From Bispira polyomma (taxonomy: Eukaryota): a DNA stretch of 64,000 bases. This document shows, one piece after another, positions 37,538-50,815 of the stretch. The stretch spans positions 23,250,001-23,314,000 of the forward strand of contig OZ287749.1 in the NCBI GenBank assembly GCA_965649765.1. Reading direction: 5' to 3'. Positions within the stretch are counted from its first letter, which is position 1; each line of letters opens with the position of its first letter. Position numbers and translations under genes: made by a program. A model generated the notes under the pieces. The model was not told the origin of the DNA and ran no database searches. It worked only from the letters and a program-made list of their open reading frames with translations.

Positions 37538-39724
37538 CCTATACACACAGTACTGCACTGACCTGCTGTCTCTTATAGAACGCCATGCGCCATGTAAATC
37601 AAAGACATTGAAGAAGCCAGCACCTGAGTGGATCACCAGTAATTATCGTGAAATGAAGATGCTGCGCAGGCAAGCCGAACGAACATGGTGCCGAAACAAA
37701 ACAGCTACAAATAGATCTAAACTACGCCAATGGATCATCCGGTGTAACAACACTATAGATGACTCAAAACGTGCCTACTATGCTAACATGATATCTCAAA
37801 GCGAGGGTGACCCGAAGAAACTTTGGCAAAAACTAAATAACACCCTCCACCGCAAAAAACAGACTATACTACCCGAAAATTCCAATAGCAAATCACTGGC
37901 AAACATTTTTAGTACTTTTTTCACTGATAAAATTACCAGAATCCGTGACGGTTTTACATTAGCTGCCCCAAATGCCCCTTTACCAACAGCTCCACCAACC
38001 GTCTTCAACTGTTTCTCCACAGTAACTGTTGATGAAGTCAGGAAAATTATACTGGCATCACCCGTAAAATCTTGCTTGCTAGATCCATGGCCCACATTCC
38101 TTGTCAAAGAATGTATTGACATTTTATTGCCCTCAATCACAAAACTTATCAATCTCTCGTTGATAAATGGCGTCTTTCCAGATGATTTTAAAAAGGCTAT
38201 TGTCACTCCTTTAATAAAAAACCTTCTCTTCCAAAGGCTGACTTGAAAAATTACCGTCCTGTCTCAGGCCTTTGCTATATCTCTAAGTTGGTAGAACGCG
38301 CGGTTGCCTTCCAGATCAAACAACATGTTGACGTCAGCAATCTGTCCAATAAGTATCAGTCAGCGTACAAAAGTGGTCATTCTACTGAGACTGCACTTCT
38401 CTGCATCAAAAATGATGTTCATACATCTTTATCCAAAGGTATGCCTACTGCCTTAGTACTGCTGGATCTGTCTTGAGTGCCTATCGTCCTGATTCGGTAT
38501 CAGCGGTATGGCGCTTAAGTGGTTCACGGCATATTTATCTGATAGATTCCAATCAGTCAAAATTGGCAATATCTTATCCGACCCAACATAGTTAAAATTT
38601 GGTGTTCCCCAAGGTTCCGTCCTGGGTCCCATTTTATTTTCCATGTACACCACTCCACTCAGCAAGATTATTGCTGTATACAAAAACATAAACTTTCACT
38701 TCTATGCTGATGATACCCAACTGTACATCCACCTTACACCTGACTCTGCCCAGGTAGCTTTCACTTCCTTACAGAACTGCCTTGTTGATGTACAACACTG
38801 GATGGCAGCAAATAAACTCAAGCTGAACCCTGAGAAGACTGAGTTTATTTTGTTTGGCTCCAAGTCGCAACGGGAAAAATTGTCCAGCTGTTTTCCACTT
38901 GACATTCTTGGCAGCAGGTTTTTTCCAGCTGACAAAGTACGAAACCTGGGTGTGGTGTTCGACTCTGAATTTTCCTTCTCGAACCATGTCGCATCGGTGT
39001 GTAGATCATGTTTTGTTGGCCTCCGTGATTTCAGGCGGATTCGACGCTATCTTTCAAAATCCACTGCAATCACTGTTGCCAATGCTTTGGTCAGCAGCAG
39101 GCTTGATTACTGCAACTCTCTGTTCCGTTCCTTATCTCGTAGTGATCTCAGACGCCTTCAGAATATCCAACACTCCTTGGCATGTATTGTGACCAAAACA
39201 TCTAAATTTTCCCACATTACTCCTGTACTTTAGTCACTGCACTGGCTCCCAATAAAATATCGTGTTGCTTTCAAAACAGCAACAATAATATATAAATTTC
39301 TAAATTCTGGATTACCCACTTATTTTAGCCCCCATCTATCCAAATATACATGCTCAGTCAGGACTAGGCGCAGTAACCCTGATAAATTATACCTTAAGAT
39401 TCCCACTTTCGACCCTCGCATCCACAAATCCAAAGTTCAGTTCAATCACTGCCTAGCTCATGATGGCCCCCTCATTTGGAACAGCCTACCTGATCATGTT
39501 CGCCTGGCTCAAACTTTCTCCTCTTTCAGGAGTAAGCTGAAGGCCTATCTTTTTGGACAGGCTTTTCCACCTTAGCCGTCGCAACCATCTACGGTAGTCT
39601 CCCTGGTTACGACTTCCATCCGCCCACTATTTTTGATTTGCGATTAACGTTTTGGGTTTGTTGCGCCTTAGAATTTGTTGTACAAAGATTAAGCGCTATA
39701 AAAGTACGACTAGATTAGATTAGA
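37538..39724 (+). mobile_element. 5'-truncated L2-clade LINE with (TAGAT)n tail
   Basis: PAPEWIT..KSCLLDPWPT..NYRPVS..HSTETALL..GVPQGSVLGP..HFYADDTQLY..RLDYCNSL..HITPVL*SLHWLP. 3' stem-loop-like gcgccttag..ttaagcgc, then (tagat)3. The flanks rejoin as a macro-repeat sequence. Confidence 0.95.
37608..39573 (+). pseudogene. L2 ORF2 reverse transcriptase pseudogene
   Basis: ORFs 37608-38246, 38243-38476 and 38643-39233. Frameshift near 38220, deletion after LLDLS, several stops. Confidence 0.9.
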
Positions 39725-42700
39725 TTTAGATAACCAGACAAATAGCTCCCGCGGGCAAAGACAAATACATACCAAATCAGATACTATTGTATTCTGTATC
39801 CCCAGCGGCATGTTCAAGATGCCTGGGGACATTGATAAATGATCATTCTTAAGCATCTGTCACTAGAACTGCGACTGTTATTAATTAGGAATCAATTTAT
39901 ATCTAATATAAACGAAAGGGCTCTTCAAAATCGGCTAATAAAGTATTTCTGAGCAATAAATGCAAAAATGGAAAAAATCAAAGAATGAATGTGTCTGATA
40001 TTAGAATGAAATTTGAGATTAGAATTATCTTTACTTGTGAAATACAATTAATGGAGCCTATGTTCAAGATATAAATCTAGTTTGTTATTAGGTGCAATAA
40101 TTTAACCAATTGATATATATATCATATGGACCATTTGTTACAATTAGATCAATGCAACAAATTAGGATTGAATCAAAGAAACCATGCTATATATTGTTTC
40201 AATGGAATATAAATTTGTATTGCTCCTCTTGATATGTGAACATTATAGCTGTGGTAAAACAGAAGCTGTAGTAAATCTCTTAACTGATATGTAGCTCATC
40301 ATTTTATCTGTGCAATGGCTAGTTATGGCCAGTTGCAAATCCCATTAATTCTCACTAGTATATGTATATTATATGTCCGTTGCACATTTCTACTTGACTG
40401 AAAAATTGCAAGCACTTCAATGATCCTTTGTAAATAAAATTTTTTGTGTCATTACTTTATGTATAGCAATTTGTTTCTCCAAATAATACAAAACAGATAA
40501 GGGTTAATATTCTCATAACCTCACTGTATGAAGTATAACAAGTGGGTTTTTTTGGCAAGTAGTTTTTGGGTGATAATCAGACTTTTTTTCTTTGTTACTA
40601 ATAAATCGCAACACTGCATTCACACTCTATAAAAACCAAAACATTGTCTTTCTAGTTTTGTCAATTTATTGGTAATGGAAAATAGCATATTCGTTGAAGC
40701 AATGTTGTGTTTTAGGTAGTATTAAATTTGGCACATTCAAAATTTAGTAGTGTTAGAGGAGTCGTTTTCTATCATTAGCCTCTCACTAATGTTGGTTTTA
40801 ATCATGTTTATTCCTTTATGTGGAAAAGTTTTACAGATACTTGCCATAGCTTTGTGGTTTACAGTGCTTCACTTTAGTTTTCCTAACTTTTTAATATGGC
40901 CATCATAATATGACATTTGCTGTCAAACCTAATTAGATAAATCCACAGTATAGATGGTGGGGAAAGCTATCTACGTCATTTTGGACATGAAAAATGTGAA
41001 GATACAAGTATTAGAAAAATAATAGTAGACTGGAGACAAACAAAACAAATATTGATGGTGTGCAAAATAAACAATCATTAGGTGCTATGACACATAGCTC
41101 ACCAAATCATTCTATACTTTAGAGCAATAGTAACAGGAAAAATATTCAGTCAACCGAGGGAAGAAAGAAATCAGTTTTGTCAGATATAACAGTAACCCTT
41201 TTTGGCAGATCATATTGAAGGTAATAAGTGAACTAAACATCTGCACCTAAACTGCTATAATATCAGATTGTCAAAAATATATGGATATCATGCATTTACG
41301 CTTTGAGGGAATGCATTTGTGTTTAATAAAATTTGCAGTTATAACATATACAGGCTTAGTGGGTTTCAATAGTCATACTGTCTGACAATATTTGCATTCC
41401 AACCAAGAAAATGCTAGATAGGTATCTAGATATTCATGAAGAAAAAGGTCTGACATTGGTTTAAAATATGACTTAATGTTAATATATTTAACTTGTAAAG
41501 TTTGATATATTGGTATAAAGCATAATTTTGTGTATAAATGTCACTATTATTCTCTCTTACGACCTGTAGCTCGTCAAAGATTTGTCATATAATAACTGTT
41601 ATAGACAGAAAACTGATTCTGTATTATTCACTTGTAAAAATGACCATACATTGATTACATCAGTGATGATTTACAATAATTTTTCCTTTAATAGTCTTAT
41701 ATCTCAAAAAGTGAACATTAAAAAGAATGGATTATTAAATTTATGACTTAATTTACAGTATGAAAGATTTTGTATGACATTAAATGAAATGACAACTGTC
41801 AAGTAATTTAAGCCGGTAAATAAGTAGTAATGTGAAAGACTAACAACAGTGACTGTGCTATCTAAGTCCACAGTCACTTGATTATGCCTTGTTGAAAGCA
41901 ATCCCAGGTCATCCCCAAATTCCTCTCACCCAACATAAAAATTACTTTCCTCTTGCAATGATACAGCATCAGACTTCAAAAGTAATTTAATGTCTCATTA
42001 ATAAAACCACATAAACATTTACATCAATGTTAACCTGAAAAAAATTATTTACTTGTGTGCTTCTCAGCAGTTACATTTTTATATGACATTTAAACAAAAT
42101 AGAAATAAGACAACATGGTACTTTTTGAATGTCTTTAAGGTATCTGGACACCAACTAGTGAACAAACAAGTACCATGTTCTCTATAGGTTCTATAACAAA
42201 GTAAATCTCAACAACTCACAGTAAGTGGCATTAATTATGGGAATTCAATTGCTTCTGCTTTAATTTCTATCTTCTCTTGTTTATTGTAAGTGTAAAGTTC
42301 TCAGAAAAATTACAATATAGTGCATATAGGTGGCTAGCTGTAAATACTAGGAATTCTCATTGGTGCATTTATCTATAAACCCAACACAATATTACATTGG
42401 CAGAAAGCTTACAAATCAAGTCAAGTGCCAGGAATTCTCACTGGTATATAAATATCTATATATTCCTTGTGTTGCAAAATTTTACTTGGCAGAATGTTTA
42501 CAAACAATTTATTGTATCTTTGTGGAATCAAGCTGTTTTGGACTCTGTGTAACACTTTGTGTTCCCTTAAAACTTTACAGACAAGCGGCTCTGCGATAGC
42601 AGTTATTTCTCTCCTGACCTTACTGTACAAAGCATGTCTACATATGAAGTGTTTTTATTGCAATCACTTCCGGGGTGACAAGCGAACTGTTTTATTCCAT

Positions 42701-44759
42701 CTCACTTTCGAACCAGAACAGTAACAAATCACTTTACATATGAATCGTTGGATAAATAGTAATGGAAAACATTAAATATTGGATTCGGTGTCTTCTATGC
42801 TGCAGCATCAAAGCCGCTGTGAAACAATTCTCCAGCCAATATCAGATCTTTAGAAAACCTCTCTGGTTTCAGAAGCAACCTTAAAACCCATTTCTTCATC
42901 CTCGCTTACCCTCCACAGAAATCTTTTTCTTTCACATGACCTCCCTGATCACGATTGTAACAAATTTGACAATGATGTTGTGCATTCAAAGATGCCTGGC
43001 ATCAATTAGGCTCATTAAAAATCTATCATATCATATTCACTGACTAATTGAAGCAATGTTCTGTTTACTTATGTGGTTTTCTAATAGTTATAAACTTTTA
43101 ATATGACATGAGATCATCTTAGTCATACCCGATATACATTTGTTCATACTGTTACAGATTATTAGAAAATTGGATTTGACTTATTGATTGTGCATCCAAT
43201 ATGCCATCAAAAATTGTTTGATAGGTTGTCATTGATAAATTCACTTTAATTACATTTCGCTTTGTATGAACCTAACTAAACAAGTTGAAATTTTCTATGA
43301 CATTTAGATTTAAGCAGGCAGTTTGGGCAACTAAGGTTAATTATACTACAAAATTTTCACCTCACATTTTGCACATATTAGATAATTCTTGATGCAGGTA
43401 TATCTGTTTTTAAGAATTGTTCTATGCCACATACATTATCTGTTGAGTGTTTCTAATTAAGTACCTACTTTCTTATAAACCCCAAGTGGCCTAATAGTTT
43501 TACAGTTGGTTTGGTGATCAGAAGGTCCTGTTTTGACTCTTGAGAAACATTGTATTTTTCATTTTTAATGCATCTGCTAAAGGATAAAAACAGAATCAAT
43601 TAACCAATCAAGCTGTGACGGAAAGTGTTTCTAGTGATCTAAGCTAAAAAGGGATACTACAGCTCTAGTTCCAGCCCTCTTAGTATGTTTTACCGAGGAA
43701 ACAGCAAGTCACTATCTCCTCTTAAGGTTAATGAAGGAAATACGAATAGCAAGGTAGGAGGGATGCTGATAGACAACAGGTTAGTGTGCCCACAAAATTT
43801 ATCCCTGCTCCCTCAATTGCATACTTCCTGTAGATATTTGGACATAAATATAGAAGGATTGATAATACTAACATAGTTTTGTAGATAAGGTTACCTAAGG
43901 GCTTGTGGTTTCTCTGTTGTTAAGGTCATCTCAAATGCAGATCGTAGGGAAAATTAGTACTGTATTAAGTATAACATTTGGTGTATGCAAATCAATAAAT
44001 TTTAGTTTCTGTTTGCCCCTCATCATCCCTTAACAGTTAGCCACTGGCTTTTACAATCCCCTTGGGAGAACTTAGTGAAGATATTCCAGTCTAATCGCCA
44101 CTGCTTGCAAATATTTAATCAGTGAGTACAGTAAGTTTGCACCTGGAGAAATATAATAAATAAAAGTGATCGTGGTTTCATAATATACAAGATATACAGT
44201 GGTGCAAATTAGCTAGATTTTGCTTTGTGTCTCATGACTTATCCTTAAAACACTGTCAGTCAGTATACGTTGTCCTAATCTATGTCCTACCAATGCAGCT
44301 TGATTGAATAAAAGTGAAGGTAAAAACATCTCTGTAACACTGAAAGCCATAACAATCAAATGCACTATCAAACTCCACCCAGCGACAGGTGACCTTTACT
44401 GTAGCTCCACAAGTACACTAATAACATAGCTATTCCTCAAATTGGCCCCATCAAATTTAAAAGCCACTAAAATTTAGTGGTATTCATAATAAATATTGCC
44501 AAGGTTTAATAGAAGATAATTGTATGTTTACCAAGAGACAACAGGTAAGGGTTTTTTTGGAAGCCATAGAACAAAATATCTACCTTGAAGGAAAAAACAA
44601 CTTCAATTTCAAGAATCTCGTTGTAACAACTCTTTTTACAGGAAGCCAATCAATTGTAAACATTGCCATTCTGTTGTAGTGATTTTGACCTTGTCTGGCA
44701 GGTTATTTGTGAGGTGACTTTATAGTCAGTGCCTCGGGATGGACGGCCAAATTTTTTAA

Positions 44760-45400
44760 CTGGGTGGAATCTATAACGTAACACCACATGCAGTCCGATG
44801 TCCTGGTGCCATGGCATTGTATGTCCTGCAAACGGACGTTGTTATTAAAAGCAAAGGTGGCACCTGAACGTCGGAAAGTGTGAAAGATGAGAGAAGACTC
44901 AGACAAACCAAGTACCTGTAAAATTCTTTTGAGGTTTCTGCACACTCTGGTATCTGTTAAGGGAATCCAGGTATCGGCTACTTTATACTGGAAGAGGGGG
45001 GAATTTTTGCCCCCTGGAGTGATATTTAAGAGATTTTTGATGGTCCTAACTGGGCATAAAGGGGAAAGGGGTAAAGCAGGAATGGTGATTAATTTAACTT
45101 GGTCATTAGTTTGCAGTGTCTTCAACCACGTGATCATGATCACAGCATACCCATGTTTAAAGATAACATCTGCATAAGCCAATTGTTTCAAAGGGGCAAT
45201 AGAGTTAATGGAATGAGTACATAAATTGGACAATCTGAGAAAGCTAAAGAAGCTAAGCAAATAAACGGGGGGGGGGGGGGGGGCAAAACATAAAGGCCCC
45301 AAATGCAAGAAAAACCCTAAACATTCTGTCATAGGCTTTGTATGTAGAACAGGTAAAACCAGCCCCCAGTCTATGAATGGCTCTCTCTGTTAGCAGGGCC
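44760..45400 (-). pseudogene. Tyrosine recombinase pseudogene (Ngaro-like)
   Basis: ORF 44703-45332 with R (LRLSN), HxxR (HTFRRSG) and terminal GTRTSD..Y motifs. The N-terminal part appears deleted at a poly-G run. Confidence 0.88.
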
Positions 45401-45539
45401 TCCACTGGATGTTTAACTAGATACAGTAATATAAACAAGCATGGGTTAAATGTCAGGATTTACATACAGTAGAGATTCCTCAGTAGGCAACCACTGTACA
45501 GGACCTGCTAATTCATATAACAACTTATGGTTGGCAGTG

Positions 45540-46870
45540 CTTTCTTCTCACCTGGAGAGTAAATCTGCAACCTTGTTCTTGACCCCCATGATATGTATAA
45601 CATTAAGCTCTATATTGAACTGGCTAATTAGCATATAAATATTCCTGGAATAAGTAGCCAATATGGGATCCCTGGTTTTACCACTCTGCAGAATACTGAC
45701 AACTGCTAGGTTATCACACTGTACTAGTAGTTTATGTTCTTGCCACACTGGGGCCCAAAGCTTTAAGGCTATTAATATATTTAACATTTCTTAATTTGCT
45801 ATGTTATCTTGATGCATATGCTGTGGTATTTTAAGCTGATAGACTTGGTTACCATGGATACCCCCATACCTGTTAGGCAGGCATCCAATTTGATCTGGGC
45901 TGTAACTTTGCGATGGGAGAAAAAGGACACACCATTGAACTGAGCCATAAATTTTGTAAACCAATTGAGATCCTTTCTAAAGTCAGTTGTGATTCTAATT
46001 TGTTTTTTACTATGATTCTCCCGAAGCATTTCCAACATACGATTTAAGAAAACCCTGGCATATTTAATGTATTTGGCCACATACAACAAGAGTCCAAGCA
46101 ATGATTGGAGTTCCCGTTTAGTGCAGTGACCTGAGGGCTCGCCATTGAAGACAAACTGCTTTAATTTGCAATGATTTTTTTCTGCTGGTATAGAACAAGT
46201 GAAATTTTGAGTATTTATTACTATACCGAGACATGTGACCTCTGTTGCAGGTGGCACTAATTTCTTCTGGCTGACAGCTAGACCCAATTCAGACAGCAAA
46301 GCTTGTAATCAGACGTAGGAAGCGATATACATAGGTAACTGTCGATGTAGTTGTGTATAACAAACCCCTCAGACCTCATAATAAATCTTACTGCGTCAGA
46401 TAATCTTTGAAAAAAAGTGCTGCCATTTTGATGTCCGAACGACAGAGATTTGTCTATATAATAGGACTTCCATTTCAAACCCAAGAGGTTCACATCACCA
46501 GGGTCAATAGGCACGTGCCTAAATGGCCGACTGATGTCAACCTTAAATATCTTACAAGCTTCCTGAGTCAAGTTATCTACCGACGGGTAGGAGAGAATAA
46601 ATTCAGTTCCTAGATAACTGGTTGGTGAGACCCAGCATTAACCGACAAGCCCTTTGGCCAACTGAGGCCTACAATAACCCTCCTATTAGTGGAGCTGGAT
46701 TTATCCCTTGTCATTAACGGTGAGAAGTGAACGTTTTTTATTGGCTGTTCCTTAAAAAGACCTAACATGGCCCCCTAATCGCATTCCTTACGCATATACG
46801 TGTCGACGTGTTTAGGAAATTGTATAGCTGACTTGTGATTTTTGCCATCTGATTCAACGAGACTTGACCT
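45540..46870 (-). pseudogene. RT/RNase H pseudogene (Ngaro-like)
   Basis: ORFs 46278-46571, 45799-46299 and 45548-45787 plus upstream HFSPLMTRDK..RRVIVGLSWPKG; frameshifts. Confidence 0.9.
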
Positions 46871-46871
46871 A

Positions 46872-47774
46872 TCAAAATCCAGGGGAAATCTGTATTTTAT
46901 TAGCAGAGGTAACTGCTCTAGAGTTCTCTAGATATTTAGCCCAGACGTCAGCATGAAGCTGGGAGGGAACGGGTATTTGTAACCCACAGAAATTATGTCT
47001 ACCATCAGCATGAATAATCTGATGCATATCTAGAACACTGGTCTGTTTATACTGTGCATTCACGTCATAGATTCTATTACCTAGAGTACTAATAGGTGTG
47101 AAACCATAAGAGAAGTCATTTTGTTTTTGCCATGCCATATAGGTGTCAACACTTCGAGCCAGTTCCAACAGTAGCTTTTTGTTGTGCTTTTGTCTCAACT
47201 CCCACGAATATTTATCTGACTCCCCATTGTAGTCGTCTATGTCATTAGTGGAATTTCCACTCTGTTTGGTCACATTTTGTGTTTTGATAGTCTTTTCAGT
47301 ATTTCTGACACCTTTTACCACACGGTTACTGTGTCTATTAAAGTCCATTGTGTGAGCTACACCACTATTGTAAGGGTAGCCACCCTGGCTTCCACCCAAA
47401 CAAGCCCCCTTTTTACTGTGTGTGTCACCCACAACAATGCCTTTTGTGTTGGAAGTGTTTTTAACACTACCCCCATCACCTTTGTGATTCTGAGGAGCCA
47501 TGTCAGATTTGGCACCAGCCCCCACCCTATCCCCATTGTTCCCTTCACACCTTTCTCCCAAGATTGCAATTCTATTGTGAAGACTGACTGTTTGGGCAGT
47601 AGGGAATTTGGGCCATTTACTTACACATTGTTGTGTTTGTTCAATACTTGTTCCCGCCTGGTTTTTGCTGTGGTCAATATGACCCCCAACGCGAGAATGG
47701 CACTTTCGCACACTTGTTTTTACCTGTTTGAGAGGTTCCTCCGTTGTTATGTTTACATACATTTTTATTACCAT
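46872..47774 (-). CDS. Low-complexity ORF2 leader (300 aa), function unknown
   Basis: ORF track. Ends in GFTPI..HNFCGLQIPVPSQLHADVWAKYL, equivalent to the pre-RT region of the element at 1-3.9 kb. Confidence 0.6.
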   Translation of the reverse strand: MVIKMYVNITTEEPLKQVKTSVRKCHSRVGGHIDHSKNQAGTSIEQTQQCVSKWPKFPTAQTVSLHNRIAILGERCEGNNGDRVGAGAKSDMAPQNHKGDGGSVKNTSNTKGIVVGDTHSKKGACLGGSQGGYPYNSGVAHTMDFNRHSNRVVKGVRNTEKTIKTQNVTKQSGNSTNDIDDYNGESDKYSWELRQKHNKKLLLELARSVDTYMAWQKQNDFSYGFTPISTLGNRIYDVNAQYKQTSVLDMHQIIHADGRHNFCGLQIPVPSQLHADVWAKYLENSRAVTSANKIQISPGF

Positions 47775-47986
47775 GCCTTACATATGTACAAGCTACATTC
47801 CCAGTACTATTTTTGACTGCGCCACTGTAACTGAGACCACTTTGCTTCCCTTAACTATACTGGCACATTTTATGTACTGTTTTTTACAAAATAAATCGAA
47901 ATCAGTAAAATCCGATCGGTAAACCATTTGGCTTAACACTTGTCTGTCCACATTATTTTTATCCACTGCATTATTGCAGTGGGCCC

Positions 47987-48830
47987 CTAGTTTTTTGACG
48001 GTTTCTTTGTGCATGTGCTAGTTTTATGAGAACTTTCACATGTTTCGCATGTGTGTTTGTAAAACTGTGTGCCGGTTTTATGACTAGCCGGGTGCTTGAA
48101 GGTTCCTTCCTGGAAGAATTTACATGTAACCGAGCTTTGCTTGACCCCTGTCTTTTTAGTACTGTTTCCTGAGTTACGACTCGAATTTCCTGAAGCAGTG
48201 GGTGCGAATATTAAGCTTGCCATGTAATCCAACATGGCTGCTCTAATTTTTGGACATTTTTCGTCTTGTATTATCCAAGTGAAACCGCAGACCCATTGAA
48301 GTAAGGTCAGATCATCGTATGTCAGCCTAGCTTTCGAATAACAATATAATACATGGTTCTGTGGCCAATCTACAATACGTTTTACAATCACATCAGTACC
48401 ACCTCCCCTCTGAGATTTCACTTTACCTTTGGGATTTTCTTTCAGTGTTTTTAACTCAGTGAGCCGCTGCTCTACCTGGGCTTGTATTTGTACGTTTTGT
48501 TTCAAGAAATCAATGTTAGGTATAATACTTTCATTACCATCACCCAGAGGGCCACTATCAAAGCTGGCAGAACTATTTTCGGAAACAGAAACGGGATTAC
48601 TAGCCTTAATACTGTTGTGTTTCTCTGTCAGAGCTGCCTCAGTCAGCTGCACCCGTCGATCCATTCTCTCCATTGCCTGATTCATAGTTTATAATTGCTT
48701 TAAAATTGCCGCTGAAACCGAATCGTTTATCTCACCATTTGTCGTGGATTCCTGGGTGCTGCTGTCTTGGCTGACTAGATCCCCAACAGTACAGCGTTTG
48801 CCCGTGGGTTTTTCATATTTTCCCAAGCAT
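47987..48830 (-). pseudogene. gag-like ORF1 (Ngaro-like), internally deleted
   Basis: ORF 47987-48685 with motifs shared with 2311-2982 and 14192-14997. Confidence 0.8.
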
Positions 48831-49003
48831 TTTGAACACAAATACAATTTTGCCGGAGGCATTATAAAGTATAAGTTTGACTAAAATACTAAAAGTTTCA
48901 AATCACTATGTATAATATGCCACGCATGTACTCAGTTTTTACTACTTGTTGTCGTTCTGCAAACTTCGAAAGAGCGGCAAAAGTTAGAGAGTTAGGGGGT
49001 TCA

Positions 49004-49016
49004 GCCTTTTATAGTC
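49004..49016 (-). promoter_or_regulatory. Putative TATA box of the element's 5' terminal region
   Basis: TATAAAAG on the minus strand, ~80 bp inside the element's 5' end and upstream of gag. Confidence 0.4.
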
Positions 49017-50654
49017 ATGGTCAGTTCCCCCCCCTCACGATTAGCCTGGTATCCCAGCCCTGAATTTGGTATTGCCGGTGCGTTACCCCATACAGAACAA
49101 ATTGTGTCACATATATGTCTGCAACATAAAGCAAAGTGAACTAAAAAGATTGTCCCAGATGACTGCTGATGTGAATAAGGCACGCACTTAAATCTTAAGT
49201 AACCAGAAATAGGTATTATGGCCAACTTAGGGTTAGATATTCAGACAAATAGCTTACCAGAAACCATCAGTTCATATCCCTTGTGGCCTGTTAAAGATGC
49301 TTGGGGACATTGATACATGATCATTCTCAAGCATCCATCACCATAACTACGCCTGTTTTTAATTGGGAATGAATGTGTAGGTGTTATAAAGGAAAGGGCT
49401 ACGTAAATCAGTAAATAATAAAAAAAAAACAAATGAAAAAATTCCAAGAAACAATCTGTCTCCTGTCAGATTGAAATCAGAATTATCTTCACTCCCAGAA
49501 TAGAAATACGGCTTTGTGTTTAGGATATAATTCCAATCGATAATTTAGTGCTAGAATATGCAAGAAATCAAAGTGAAGCAAAGCGGTCTTAAATATGTAC
49601 TGGATTTCTGTACATTACTGCACCGAGTTGAAAGATACCTTTCATCAATACAAAGGAACACAAAAATCTTGACATTTAAACTTGGTTATCATATTGATAT
49701 TGCAGTATAAAGAAATTTTGTATGACATTAATTATAGGACTGACATATAATTCAGGAGTAACTGCTAATGTAATAAAGCAACTCTAATACCTATCATAAC
49801 TGAGTTTACAACTACTTGGGCTATGACTCTTTGAGCTGTATAGTTTAAAAAACAAATCATTGTCAAATTACTGTCACTGGATTTTTAAATATTTGTCTAG
49901 AAAAATAACATTGCATAAGTCTGAAAGCACATTTAATGTCAGGTTAATTAAATTACGGATATAAAGCACAATACAAATGAGATATGGTTATTAAATTAAT
50001 ATCAAAGGCCACCTAAGATGTGGTAGAAAAAATGTTTTACCTTAGACTGTGACTTACTCAAGTACTTTTCAGCCATCTAGCATTTAAACAAATAAACTCA
50101 ATGTGGTGCTTATTGAGGATACTTTAGACAACTGAATGAAAGTTACCATAGTAAGTGGTAGAGGAAAATCAGATTACTACAAATAAAAACGTCTTGACCT
50201 TCACCCAGAGAACAAAAATAATCTAATAAAACCAGTACAATGTCCTCTTGAGACTTTATACAAAAATATCAAGCTTTTTGCAATTCAGTTTTTATGGCAT
50301 TATTGGTGAGATTCAATTACTTCTGTGTCAGAAAAAGAGGAGTTTAGCTCTACTTTTCAATGTTTACAACTTATACATTTGACAAAAGCTTACTTACAGG
50401 ATTATATCATCCATAGTATGTAGTATTTGTTTTGCTTTAACTACCCATCAACCTATTGTATTGGTCTGCTTGTACTCTTATAATAAATCTCTATTCAGAG
50501 ATACTTTTAAAAACAACCTAGCATTGGAGTTTTGGTGATTTTTGTTAATTTTTATACACTTTTACCCATGTAAAAGATTGCTTGTGTATGAACTATTAGT
50601 GTGTTTTTCTTAATTGACAATCACTATTTGTTGAGTATGATACGGCTTGATCAA

Positions 50655-50815
50655 TGTATCTGTGGTAAAACATATAGTAAAGGTGGTACTTCCTTACTGT
50701 GGGCCACTGGTTTCAGTGCAGAACCTTGATCAACTGTATGCAGTGTTTCCTCCAGCGTTTCCAACTACCCGTCCCAATATAACCTAAAAAGATACTAGAG
50801 TGGACGTTAAATATT
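50655..50815 (+). mobile_element. 5'-truncated SINE (same family as 58921-59130)
   Basis: aaaggtggta.ttccttac..cttgatcaactgtatgcagtgtttcctccagcgttt..gtcccaatataacctaaa..tactagagtggacgttaaata matches the reverse complement of 58921-59035. Confidence 0.85.

Larger units (their letters stand above)
44729..49095 (-). mobile_element. Third Ngaro-like YR retrotransposon (gag-ORF2 leader-RT-RNase H-YR), decayed, precisely inserted in the macro-repeat
   Basis: gag WPQNHV..TYDDLTLLQWVCG..CKFFQEG..HTCETC. RT FKVDISRPFRHVPIDP..NYIDS. RNase H LDACLTGMG..QCDNLAVV..HIMGVKNKVADLLSR. YR FLRLSNL..LCPV..FHTFRRSGATFAF. Flanks match the empty site at ~27170-27190. Confidence 0.95.

Noticed and set aside
49006-49018. 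tttatagtca near the Ngaro 5' end matching the left flank as a 10-bp TSD
   Set aside because: It lies ~80 bp inside the element and overlaps the TATA box; the flank resumes only after 49095.
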